This document shows, piece by piece, positions 41,684 through 50,733 of a DNA stretch of 64,000 nucleotides. Source of the stretch: Candidatus Eiseniibacteriota bacterium (lineage in GTDB: Bacteria; Eisenbacteria; RBG-16-71-46); assembly GCA_963725865.1 (NCBI GenBank), contig CAVSAC010000014.1, forward strand, positions 128,001-192,000, read 5' to 3'. The notes below the pieces were generated by a model, which saw only the letters and a program-made list of their open reading frames with translations, made no database searches and was not told the origin of the DNA. A program made the position numbers and the translations under genes. Within the stretch, counting starts at the first letter, position 1; each line of letters begins with the position of its first letter.

Positions 41684-42766
41684 CTACTGCAGCGGCGCGC
41701 TCGCCGGTCCCTCCGACGCGGACTGCGGCGCCGCCGGATGCTCGGGCGTCGCCCCGGCGGCGGGCGGCGCCGCCGGATCGAGCGCGTCGCCGACGCCGTC
41801 CTCGGCCTTGCCGTTGGTGCGCGCGTGGTACTCGTCGAACGCCTTGATGATGTCGCGCACCAGCCGGTGGCGGACCACGTCCTCGGGATGGAAGTAGATG
41901 AACTTCACCCCCGACAGCTCGCCGAGGATGGTCTGGATGCGCACCAGTCCCGAGGAGGCCGGGTCCTTGAGGTCGATCTGCGTCACGTCGCCGGTGATCA
42001 CCGCGCGCGAGTTCACGCCCATGCGGGTGAGGAACATCTTCATCTGCCGCACGGTGGTGTTCTGCGCCTCGTCGAGGATCACGAACGAGCTGTGCAGCGT
42101 GCGCCCGCGCATGAACGCGAGCGGCGCGATCTCGATCACGCCCAGCTCGATGTAGCGCCGCATCTTGTCGTACGACATCAGGTCGGCGAGCGCGTCGTAC
42201 ATCGGGCGCAGGTAGGGATCCACCTTCTCCTGCATGTCGCCGGGCAGGAAGCCCAGGCTCTCGCCCGCCTCGACCGCCGGGCGCACCAGGATGATGCGAT
42301 CGACCTTCTTCGCGCGCAGCGCGTTCACCGCGGCCGCGACCGCCAGGTAGGTCTTGCCGGTGCCGGCGGGCCCGATCGCGAACACCACGTCGTGGTCGGC
42401 GAGCGCCTTGAGGTAGTCCGCCTGGGTGGGCGTGCGCGCGCGCACGCTCTTGCGGTCGAACGACCAGCCCGGCGCGCCCTGGTAGGAGTCCGCGAGCGTG
42501 CCGTTGCCGTTGCGGCGCGTCTGCCCCAGCGCCGTGGCGACGTCGGCCTCCTCGACCACCTTGCCGCGCTCGGCGAGCTGCACCAGCTCGACCAGCGCCT
42601 TGGCGGCGGTGCCGACCGGCTCGTCCTCGCCCGCGACCGTGATGGTGCCGTCGCGCAGCGTGATCCGGACCGGGACCGCGCGCTCGATCTGGCGCAGGTT
42701 CGAGTCGTTCTGCCCCAGCAGGATGATGGGATCGAGATGCTCGATGGGGAACTTGCGGACGATCAC
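41684..42766 (-). CDS. phoH: PhoH-family ATPase
   Basis: GPAGTGKTYLA, RPAVEAGESLGFLPGD, LDEAQN, GDVTQIDL. Confidence 0.95.
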   Translation of the reverse strand: MIVRKFPIEHLDPIILLGQNDSNLRQIERAVPVRITLRDGTITVAGEDEPVGTAAKALVELVQLAERGKVVEEADVATALGQTRRNGNGTLADSYQGAPGWSFDRKSVRARTPTQADYLKALADHDVVFAIGPAGTGKTYLAVAAAVNALRAKKVDRIILVRPAVEAGESLGFLPGDMQEKVDPYLRPMYDALADLMSYDKMRRYIELGVIEIAPLAFMRGRTLHSSFVILDEAQNTTVRQMKMFLTRMGVNSRAVITGDVTQIDLKDPASSGLVRIQTILGELSGVKFIYFHPEDVVRHRLVRDIIKAFDEYHARTNGKAEDGVGDALDPAAPPAAGATPEHPAAPQSASEGPASAPLQ

Positions 42767-42794
42767 GTCAGCACCTCATCTCCCGATGAAACGC

Positions 42795-42842
42795 AAAACT
42801 CTTGACCGCGAAGACCCCAGGGGGCAGGGCCAGGTCAAGAGT
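42795..42842 (-). terminator. Intrinsic terminator-like hairpin directly upstream of phoH
   Basis: ACUCUUGACC...GGUCAAGAGU stem followed by UUUGCGUUUC. Confidence 0.7.
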
Positions 42843-42955
42843 GCCGACTGCTTCGGGATGGAGCAGTTCGTCGTGGTTCAACCGGAGTCCTCGCTGAGGC
42901 TTCGGTGTGTCTCGTGTGCTCGTGCCGACCTCCACTGATGCGACCGAGACGACAG
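42795..42955 (-). ncRNA. Unassigned structured leader or sRNA upstream of phoH
   Basis: Bounded by a promoter and a terminator; several internal stems; no family recognised. Confidence 0.45.
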
Positions 42956-42960
42956 GCGGG

Positions 42961-42989
42961 ACGTTAGCATCGGGTCGGCGGAGCGTCAA
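42961..42989 (-). promoter_or_regulatory. Putative sigma70 promoter with extended -10
   Basis: TTGACG-N17-TAACGT, with TGn before the -10. Confidence 0.7.
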
Positions 42990-43141
42990 TCGTGATGCCC
43001 GAGCCCGGCTTAGGATCCACGCGAGGTGCGGAGCGGGCCTACCGCGTGTATCGGCACGAACCCGCTCGCTCCTGAACCCGCTCGTGCGAGCGCGCGAGCG
43101 GCCGCGCGGCGCGCGGGTGGGAGGCGGCTCGGCCGTCCGCC

Positions 43142-43633
43142 CTACTCCCCCGCGTCCTCCATCGCCACCAGCGCCGCGCCGCCGGCGACCATCTGGCCGA
43201 CGATGGCGTTCACGCGGGCGATGCGGCCATCGCGCGGGGCGCGGATCGCGTGCTCCATCTTCATCGCCTCGATCGCGACCAGCGGCTGGCCCTTCTTCAC
43301 CTCGTCGCCGGCGGCCACCAGCACCTTGGTGACCACGCCCGGCATCGGCGCCTCGAGCCCGCCCGTCTGCGCGCCACCGCGCCGCGCGCGGCCGGCCTCG
43401 CGATCGAGCACGAAGTCGAGCGTGCCGATGCGCACGAAGCGGCGGTTGCCGCTCGGCGTGACCTCGGCGATGGTCACGCCCTCGGGCGTGACGAGGCGCA
43501 GGCGCCCGCCGTCGAGCGGCTCGGCGGTCAGGTCCAGCTCGGCGTCGTCGACGCGCACGCGGTAGCGGCCGCCGCCCTCGGGGCTGACCTCGACCTCGCG
43601 CGTGCGCGCGCCGTCGCGATAGAGCGCGCGCAT
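43142..43633 (-). CDS. Biotin carboxyl carrier subunit (BT-like + biotinyl domain)
   Basis: APMPGVV...EAMKMEH. Confidence 0.92.
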   Translation of the reverse strand: MRALYRDGARTREVEVSPEGGGRYRVRVDDAELDLTAEPLDGGRLRLVTPEGVTIAEVTPSGNRRFVRIGTLDFVLDREAGRARRGGAQTGGLEAPMPGVVTKVLVAAGDEVKKGQPLVAIEAMKMEHAIRAPRDGRIARVNAIVGQMVAGGAALVAMEDAGE

Positions 43634-45147
43634 CACTCGAGCCCCGGGTGGCGCCAGCGGCCGAGGGCCGCGAACGCGTTCGCCGCCGGCGCGGTGGCGG
43701 CACCCGCCGCGCGCCCGGCCGCCTCCACGCGCGCGAGCCCGAGCAGCTCGGCGAGCGCCACGGCGGCCACCGCCAGATCGGGCACCGGCGCGGTGGCGAG
43801 CGCGGTGAAGCCGTCGAGGAACTCGCGCTCGATCCACTCGGTGTCGACCGCCCCGCGCTGCACGGCTTCGCTCCTGACGAGCGCGCGCAGGAACGGCAGG
43901 TTGGTGATCACGCCGTGCACGCGCGCGTCGTCGAGCGCCCCGGTCAGCCGCGACAGCGCGAGCGTGCGGTCGGGACCGTAGGCGATGATCTTCGCGAGCA
44001 TCGGGTCGTAGTGCACGGTGACGGAGTCGCCGGCCTCGACGCCGCGGTCCACGCGCAGGAACGCGCCGTGCGGCCAGCGCAGCCGCACGATCTCGCCCGA
44101 CTGCGGCAGGAACCCGTGCGCGGGATCCTCGGCGTAGACCCGCGCCTCGAACGCGTGCCCGTGGTAGCGGATGGCGTCCTGGGCCCACGGCAGTCGGCCG
44201 GTCGAGGCGACCAGGATCTGCGAGCGCACCAGGTCGATCCCGGTCACCAGCTCGGTGACCGGGTGCTCGACCTGCAGGCGCGTGTTCATCTCGAGGAAGT
44301 AGTACTTGCCGCGCGCGTCGACCAGGAACTCGCAGGTGCCGGCGCCGCGGTAGCGCACCGCTTCGGCGAGCGCCACCGCCGAGGTCGTGAGCCGCCCGCG
44401 CAGCTCGGCGTCGATCACCGGTGAGGGACTCTCCTCGATCACCTTCTGGTGGCGCCGCTGCAGCGAGCACTCGCGCTCGAACAGGTGTACCGCGTGGCCG
44501 CGGCCGTCGCCCAGCACCTGCACCTCGACGTGGCGCGGGCGCTCGATCAACTTCTCGATGTACACGGTGCCGTCGCCGAACGCCGCCGCCGCCACCCGCC
44601 GCGCGCTCTCGACCGCCTCGGCCAGCTCGGCGGCGTCGTTCACGGCACGCATGCCCTTGCCGCCGCCGCCCATCGCGGCCTTCACCATCACCGGCCAGCC
44701 CATCGAGGCGGCCGCACGCGTCAGCGCGTCGAGGTCGGCGCCCTCCGCGCCGGGCACCACGGGCACGCCGGACTCCTGCGCCAGCCGGCGCGCCGCGCGC
44801 TTGTCGCCCATCGCCCGGATCTGGTCGGCCGTGGGGCCGATGAAGTGGAGCCCCGCGCGCTCCACGGCGGCGGAGAAGTCGGCGTTCTCGGACAGGAAGC
44901 CGTAGCCCGGATGCACGGCGTCGGCGCCGCTCTTGCGCGCGGCCTCGATCAAAGCGTCGGCGTTCAGGTACGAGGCCCGCGGCTCCGCCGGGCCGATCGC
45001 GTACGCCTCGTCGGCCATGCGGGTGTGGAGCGCGCCCTGGTCGGCCTCGGAGTACACCGCGACCGAGCGCATGCCCAGCTCGTGCAGGCTGGAGGCGATG
45101 CGGCAGGCGATCTCGCCGCGGTTGGCGATCAGGACCTTGCGGAACAT
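43633..45147 (-). CDS. Biotin carboxylase subunit of an acyl-CoA carboxylase (likely methylcrotonyl-CoA)
   Basis: LIANRGEIACR, HPGYGFLSEN, ERECSLQRRHQKVIEE, EMNTRLQVEHPVTE. Confidence 0.93.
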   Translation of the reverse strand: MFRKVLIANRGEIACRIASSLHELGMRSVAVYSEADQGALHTRMADEAYAIGPAEPRASYLNADALIEAARKSGADAVHPGYGFLSENADFSAAVERAGLHFIGPTADQIRAMGDKRAARRLAQESGVPVVPGAEGADLDALTRAAASMGWPVMVKAAMGGGGKGMRAVNDAAELAEAVESARRVAAAAFGDGTVYIEKLIERPRHVEVQVLGDGRGHAVHLFERECSLQRRHQKVIEESPSPVIDAELRGRLTTSAVALAEAVRYRGAGTCEFLVDARGKYYFLEMNTRLQVEHPVTELVTGIDLVRSQILVASTGRLPWAQDAIRYHGHAFEARVYAEDPAHGFLPQSGEIVRLRWPHGAFLRVDRGVEAGDSVTVHYDPMLAKIIAYGPDRTLALSRLTGALDDARVHGVITNLPFLRALVRSEAVQRGAVDTEWIEREFLDGFTALATAPVPDLAVAAVALAELLGLARVEAAGRAAGAATAPAANAFAALGRWRHPGLE

Positions 45148-45207
45148 GGCTCCTCGGGGTGGACGGCGCGCGACCGGGCGGGAACATACGGCATCGGGCC
45201 GCGGGCC

Positions 45208-45312
45208 GGCGAGGATTCTCCTGTCGCGGGGCTCGAGCCCGGGCTCTACTTCGCCCGGCTGCGGGTGGACGGCGAGCCGGTCGGCAGCGTGAGGGTCACC
45301 GTGGTGCGCTGA
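45208..45312 (+). pseudogene. Orphan 3' fragment of a T9SS-type C-terminal domain
   Basis: Reads ...AGLEPGLYFARLRVDGEPVGSVRVTVVR*, with no room for an upstream gene body. Confidence 0.5.
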
Positions 45313-47599
45313 GTCGCGCGGCCGCGCGCCCGCCGCGGCGCGCGGTGGCGCCTTCGTCCTCGTGCGCGAGGATCGCCGCGTACGCCGCCTCCAGATCGGG
45401 CGGCATGCCGCGCGCGCCGACTGCCGCGCGGGTGCGCTCGACCAGCCGGCGTGCGTCGTCCCAGTCGTCCATGCGCTCCGCCGCGGTCGCGCCGGTCAGG
45501 CACGCCGTCACCGATTCGGGCACCATCCACAGCACCGCGCGCGCCAGCTCGCGCGCCGCCGACCAGCGGCCCTGCACCAGCAGCTCCAGCGCGAGGCGCT
45601 CGGCGAATCCCCGATAGCGATCGTCGAACAGCGAGCGCAGGCTCGCGACCCATGGGGTGGGCTCGCCGCGCGCGTCCACCGGGGCGCGCTGACCGCGCGC
45701 CGCGGGCGGCAGCAGCGAGTCGAGCCGCGCGACGTAGGACGCCGGCACCGCCTCGGTCCACCACCACGGCGGCAGCGGACCGCGCGCGTCGATCGCCGCG
45801 CGCGTGCGGTCGGTCACCCGGTACACGATCAGCGTGGGCCCGGCCCGTACCCCGTGCGGCTCCACCCGCAGCGCGACGCTCGCGGTGGAATCCAGCAACG
45901 CGTACAGCGCGAGCGGCGCGCGGTAGCGCTCGGGCAGCGCCTCGAAGCGCCCGCGCACCGCGCTGCTGGTGACGACCAGGTCGACTCCCGCGAACAGCCG
46001 CGGATCGTAGACCTGCGCGTTGAGGTCGCCGACCTGCTCCACGATCGGCACCGCGACGCGGCGGCCGTCCAGCGTGCGCACCGAGACCGTCCGCCCGCCC
46101 ACCACCGTCAGCGGCAGCTCGACGCTCGCGAACCACGGCCGCGCCTCGTAGTCACGCCGCACGGCGGGCCGCGCGGCGGCGAACGCCGGCGTGGCGCGCA
46201 TGCGCAGCGCGGAAGCGCGATCGAGCAGTGGAGCCGCGTACAGCTCCTGCACCACCACCTGGTCGGTCCCGACGTTGCGCTCCATCCACCGCCGCACCGC
46301 GATGCGGGTGGCGTCCTCGTCGGTGCGCGCCGCCCGCACGCCCGCCCCCAGCGCCGGGAGCGTGAGCGCCGCCACCACCACGACCGCGGCAGGCCGGCGC
46401 CACGCGGGTGCCAGCCGCGCGATCAGCCCCAGCGCGGCATCGGCGATCAACAGCGCCACGAGCGGCAGGATCGGCACCAGGTAGCGCTCCGCCTCGACGC
46501 GCGCGAAGGCCGCCGGCAGGCCGAGGACGGCGATCGTGAGCCACAGCAGCAGCCGCGGCGTGGCGACCCGGCCGTCCGGCTCCGCGCTCGCGGCCGAGCG
46601 GGGGCCGCGCGGCGCCAGTGCGAGCAGCACCAGCGAGGCGCCCAGCAGCGCGATGCCGAGCAGCCCGACCGACGAGCGGAGCCGCTCGTAGAGGAACGGC
46701 AGCCCGATGCGCTGGTAGTTGCCGAGATGGCCCTCGGCGGCGAGGCCGCGCAGGAACCTCAGCGCGCCCAGGAACGCGGGCGCATCGAGCAGCGCGAACG
46801 GCGTGGTGGCGAGGAACACCGCGCCCGCCAGCGCCGCGGCGCCGAGCCACGCGCCGAGCGCGCGCGGACCGCCGCGCGTCCACGCGGCCACCAGCAGCGG
46901 CAGCAACAGCGCCGCCCCCGGATACTTGCTGCCGGCCGCGAGCCCGATCAGCATCGCGGCCGCGATCAATCGCCCGCGGCCGCCGCGCGCCTGCCAGGCG
47001 AGCGTGCGCTCGAGCGCCGCGACCACGAACGTCGCGAGGAAGGTGTCGCTGTGCAGCGAGCCCGCGCTCGCGATCAGGATCGGCGAGCACGCGGTCAGCA
47101 GCGCGGCGAGCACGCCGGCCCCGGCGCGCATCCGCGCCCCCAGCGCCAGCACCGCGCCGACGGTGAGCAGGTCGAACGCCGCGGTCAGCGTGCGCGCGGG
47201 AATCACCATCGGCGACGGGTCGGTGGCGAAGCGCACCAGGTAGTCGGCGGCGCTCCCGAGGCCGCCCGTCCACTGCCCGACCATCAGCTGCAGGCGCTGG
47301 AGCGCGAAGTTCAGGTAGAGCGTGAGCGAGGGGTAGTGGAAGAAGTGCGGGTTCCAGTCGATCGCGCCGTCGGGCCGGTCCCACATGCGCAGCGCGAAGC
47401 GGAACGGGATCGCCTCGTCGAGGAACTCCGGCAGCCCGCGTCGCAGCCCCCACAGGCGCAGCAGCAGCGCGAGCACCAGGACCGCCAGCGCGGCCGCGCG
47501 CCAGGCCGCAGCCTCGCCGCGCGCGGATCCCGCGGGGGGCGCCCGTGGGGTACGCCGGGAGCGCGCATCGCGCGCCGCGTCGGAGTCCGGGGTCGGCAT
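45296..47599 (-). CDS. GT-C (ArnT/PMT-like) membrane glycosyltransferase
   Basis: GLPEFLDE, WNPHFFHYPSL, GLAAGSKY, ERYLVP; multiple TM segments. Confidence 0.85.
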   Translation of the reverse strand: MPTPDSDAARDARSRRTPRAPPAGSARGEAAAWRAAALAVLVLALLLRLWGLRRGLPEFLDEAIPFRFALRMWDRPDGAIDWNPHFFHYPSLTLYLNFALQRLQLMVGQWTGGLGSAADYLVRFATDPSPMVIPARTLTAAFDLLTVGAVLALGARMRAGAGVLAALLTACSPILIASAGSLHSDTFLATFVVAALERTLAWQARGGRGRLIAAAMLIGLAAGSKYPGAALLLPLLVAAWTRGGPRALGAWLGAAALAGAVFLATTPFALLDAPAFLGALRFLRGLAAEGHLGNYQRIGLPFLYERLRSSVGLLGIALLGASLVLLALAPRGPRSAASAEPDGRVATPRLLLWLTIAVLGLPAAFARVEAERYLVPILPLVALLIADAALGLIARLAPAWRRPAAVVVVAALTLPALGAGVRAARTDEDATRIAVRRWMERNVGTDQVVVQELYAAPLLDRASALRMRATPAFAAARPAVRRDYEARPWFASVELPLTVVGGRTVSVRTLDGRRVAVPIVEQVGDLNAQVYDPRLFAGVDLVVTSSAVRGRFEALPERYRAPLALYALLDSTASVALRVEPHGVRAGPTLIVYRVTDRTRAAIDARGPLPPWWWTEAVPASYVARLDSLLPPAARGQRAPVDARGEPTPWVASLRSLFDDRYRGFAERLALELLVQGRWSAARELARAVLWMVPESVTACLTGATAAERMDDWDDARRLVERTRAAVGARGMPPDLEAAYAAILAHEDEGATARRGGRAAARLSAPR

Positions 47600-47723
47600 C
47601 GCGGGGCACGATAGACCATCGTCGCCCGCGCTGCTCGCGGGCGACGGATCGGCGCTCGTGCGCCGCGGCGCGCCGCACCGCGCGAGCGCGCCCCCGCGGC
47701 CGCCTCCCGCCGCGGGCCGCGGC

Positions 47724-50078
47724 TCAGCGCGGGCGCCCGAGCGCCCGCGCGGCTCGCGCGGCGATCGCCGGGTCGGGATCCACGCTCGCCAGCTCGAGCT
47801 CGTCCCGCGCGCGGGCGGAATCGCCGAGCTGCAGCAGGATGCCGGCGCGCTGCAGGCGCACCAGGCCCGGCACCGCGCCGCCGCCGCCGAGGGCGCGCTC
47901 GACCCGCTCGAGCGCGCGCAGCGCGTCGCCCCACTCGCCCACCTGGATCGAGGCGTCCACGTAGGTGAGCGCCGCGACGACGTCGTCGGGCTGCATGGTG
48001 GCGACCGCCGCCGCCAGCTGCCGGGCCGGGAGCGGCCGCCCGCGCTCCATCAGCTCCATCGAGAGCCACTGGGCGAACGAGGCGTAGCGCTCGGTGAACA
48101 GCCCGCGCAGGCTCTGCACCCACTCCCGCGGCTCGCCGTCGAGGTCGACGAGCGCGCCGCCGCCGCGCCGCTCGGGCGGCAGCAGCGCCTGCTCGTAGGC
48201 CACCCGGTAGCCGGGCGAGAGGCGCTCGGTCCACCACAGCGGCGGCAGCGGACCGTGCGCGGCCACCGCCGCGCGCGCGCGCTCCCCCATCCGGTAGACC
48301 GTCAGTCGCGGCCCGCGCGAGCCGTCGGCGGTGCCGAACCGCGCCGCGACTTCGGCCGCGGAGTCGAGCAGCGCGTAGAGCTGCAGCGGAACCGGATAGC
48401 GCGCGGCGTCGGCCTCGAAGCGCCCGCGCACCGCGCTGCTCGTCACCACGAAGTCGACGCCGTCGAGCAGGCGCGGGTCGTACACCGCCTGGTTGAGGTC
48501 GGCCGGATGCGGGACCACCGTGAGCGTGACCGGCGGGCCGCCGCGCGGCTGCACCGTGGTGCTCGTGGTGCCCACCACTGCCAGCGGGATGGACACCGCG
48601 GCAAGCTGCGGGCGCGCCTCGTAGGCCTGCCGCACGCCGCTGCTGCCGGCCTGGAACACCGCGCTCGCGCGCAGCTCGGCGGCACGCACGCGCTCCATCA
48701 CCGGCGCGGCGTAGCCCTCCTGCAGCAGCAGGTCGTGCGGGCCCAGGTGGCGCTCGAGCCAGCGCCGCGCCTCGATGCGCGAGGCATAGGGATCGCGCCC
48801 GGCCGCTCGGAGCCCGGCGCCGAGCACCGGCACCACCAGCAGCGCACCGAGCCCGACCGTCGCGAACGAGCGCGCGCGCCCGCGCGCGAGCGCCGCCAGG
48901 CCGAGCGCACCATCGGCTGCCAGCAGCGCGACGAACGGCAGCACCGGCACCAGGTAGCGCTCGGCCTCCACGCGCGCGACCGCGATCGGCACGCCGAAGG
49001 CGAGCGCGCATGCCCACACCACCGCGCGGTCCGCGAGCGCGTGCTTCGACGGAGCGGGCGGCGCGCCGGCCGCGACCGCGGGGGGCAGCATCCGCACGCG
49101 CCGCTCGAGTGCCAGCAGCACCACGCCGGCCGCCACCATCGCGATCGTCATCAGCCCCAGATCGCGCACCAGGGTCCGCGCCTGGAACGCGAAGCCCGCG
49201 CGTTCGAGATCGCCGAAGTGCCCGCTCGCGGCGATGCCGCCCACGAACCCGAGGTCGCGCGCGAACGCCGCGCGATCGAGCAGCGCGAACGGCGTGGTGA
49301 GCAGGAACACCGCGGCGGCCCCCAGAACCGCGAGCGGCCAGCCCGCCAGCCCGCGCAGACCTTGGCGTTGCCCCATCACCATCGCGAGCGGCAGCAGCAG
49401 CGCCACGCCGGGGTACTTCGCCCCCGCCGCGAGTCCCACCAGCACCACCGCGATCGCGAGCCGCCACGCGCCTCCACGCGCCTGCCACGCCAGCATGCGC
49501 TCGACCGCCAGTACCGCGAGCGCCGCCATCACGGTGTCGGACTGGATCGTACGCGCGCTCTCGATCAGCGTGGGGGCGGCCGCCAGCATCAGCGCCGCGA
49601 GCAGGCCGGCGCCGCGCCGCAGCCGCTCGCCGATCAGCGCCGCGCCGCCGATCGCGAGCGCACCGAAGGCGATGCTCAGCACGCGCGCTGGAATCACCAT
49701 CGGCGTGGGATCGGTCTGGAACCCGATCACGTAGTCGGGGGCACCCGCGAACCAGCCGAGCGCGCGCCCGAGTGCCAGGTGGCCCTGCTGCAGCAGCAGG
49801 TGCAGGTAGAGCGTCAGCGAGGGGTAGTGGAAGAAGCGCGGGTTCCAGTCGATCGCGCCGGTCATCGGATCCCACATGCCGAGCGCTTTGCGGAACGGGA
49901 TCGCCTCGTCGAGGAAGTCGGGCAGGCCATGCCGCACGCCCCACAGGCGCAACGCGAGCGCGAACGCGACGACGAGCATCATCGCGAGGCGCACCCACGG
50001 CAGGCGGCCCGCGGCGGATACGGCCGGGGCGCGGGGTCGTTCGACGCGTCGGCGGGGGGCCGAGCCGGAACGCGACAT
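47724..50078 (-). CDS. GT-C (ArnT/PMT-like) glycosyltransferase, paralog of 45296-47599, with C-terminal TPR-like helices
   Basis: GLPDFLDE, WNPRFFHYPSL, GLAAGAKY, ERYLVP. Confidence 0.85.
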   Translation of the reverse strand: MSRSGSAPRRRVERPRAPAVSAAGRLPWVRLAMMLVVAFALALRLWGVRHGLPDFLDEAIPFRKALGMWDPMTGAIDWNPRFFHYPSLTLYLHLLLQQGHLALGRALGWFAGAPDYVIGFQTDPTPMVIPARVLSIAFGALAIGGAALIGERLRRGAGLLAALMLAAAPTLIESARTIQSDTVMAALAVLAVERMLAWQARGGAWRLAIAVVLVGLAAGAKYPGVALLLPLAMVMGQRQGLRGLAGWPLAVLGAAAVFLLTTPFALLDRAAFARDLGFVGGIAASGHFGDLERAGFAFQARTLVRDLGLMTIAMVAAGVVLLALERRVRMLPPAVAAGAPPAPSKHALADRAVVWACALAFGVPIAVARVEAERYLVPVLPFVALLAADGALGLAALARGRARSFATVGLGALLVVPVLGAGLRAAGRDPYASRIEARRWLERHLGPHDLLLQEGYAAPVMERVRAAELRASAVFQAGSSGVRQAYEARPQLAAVSIPLAVVGTTSTTVQPRGGPPVTLTVVPHPADLNQAVYDPRLLDGVDFVVTSSAVRGRFEADAARYPVPLQLYALLDSAAEVAARFGTADGSRGPRLTVYRMGERARAAVAAHGPLPPLWWTERLSPGYRVAYEQALLPPERRGGGALVDLDGEPREWVQSLRGLFTERYASFAQWLSMELMERGRPLPARQLAAAVATMQPDDVVAALTYVDASIQVGEWGDALRALERVERALGGGGAVPGLVRLQRAGILLQLGDSARARDELELASVDPDPAIAARAARALGRPR

Positions 50079-50236
50079 GGGACCTCGGCGGCTGCGGCCT
50101 CCGCGCCTTCCCGCGAGATGGATGCGGGCGAGGCGAGCGACCAGTGCGGAGAGTCTAGACGACCCGAGTCCGCGTTCGTCGAGGAATCTGCGGCGTTCGG
50201 CGCCGGGCCGCGCCCGTCGCATGCTAGGCTCCCGGC

Positions 50237-50716
50237 ATGCTCCGACGGCTCTTTCGGCTCCTGCCGTACGCCGCGCTGGTCGCGGTCGCGGCGGTCGCCC
50301 ACGCCCGCACCGCACCGGCCCCGCCGCCGCACGCCCCGCGCACGTTCACCTGAGCGGACGTCCGGGTCCCGTCGGGACCCGTGGTGGACGCCGAGTTCGC
50401 GCTGTTCCACATGCAGCGCGTGCTCTGGGACCCGGTCGATCCCGAGCTGCTCGGCTCGCTGTCGCCGCAGCTGCACGCGACCGTGAACGGCGAGATCTAC
50501 CGTTTCGGCACCCGCGCGACGCTCGCGCGCTTCCAGGCCGCGCCCGCGCTCTACTGCGGGCTGCTGCGCGACGCGGTCAGCGGGCTGCGCTTCTGGCCCT
50601 CGACGCGCTCGCCGCGCGCCGAATGGAACGGCGGACCGTACCTGTTCGCGAGCGATTCGACGCGCGCGGAGTTCCTGCGCGAGCCGAAGCGCTACGAGGT
50701 GAAGCGCGGCGGCTGA
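50237..50716 (+). CDS. Secreted double-YHS-like protein with an in-frame TGA (candidate selenoprotein)
   Basis: Signal peptide from ATG 50237; TGA at 50351-50353 is in frame with DPVD...VNGEIYRF...F...P..Y and DAVSG...WNGGPYLFAS...F..EPKRY. Confidence 0.65.
50359..50390 (+). promoter_or_regulatory. Candidate bacterial SECIS element
   Basis: CGGGUCCC-GUC-GGGACCCG hairpin with 17 nt between the UGA and the loop; the loop begins with GU. Confidence 0.55.
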
Positions 50717-50733
50717 GGCGGCGCGGACTTTCG

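Noticed and set aside
42781..42960. 6S RNA or c-di-AMP riboswitch identity for the phoH leader
   Set aside because: Only UUGAACC matches 6S, there is no long closing rod, and the ydaO core motifs are absent. The element is left unassigned.
43058..43084. Short direct repeat gaacccgctcg x2 upstream of the phoH promoter
   Set aside because: It is too short and GC-rich to support a function on its own.
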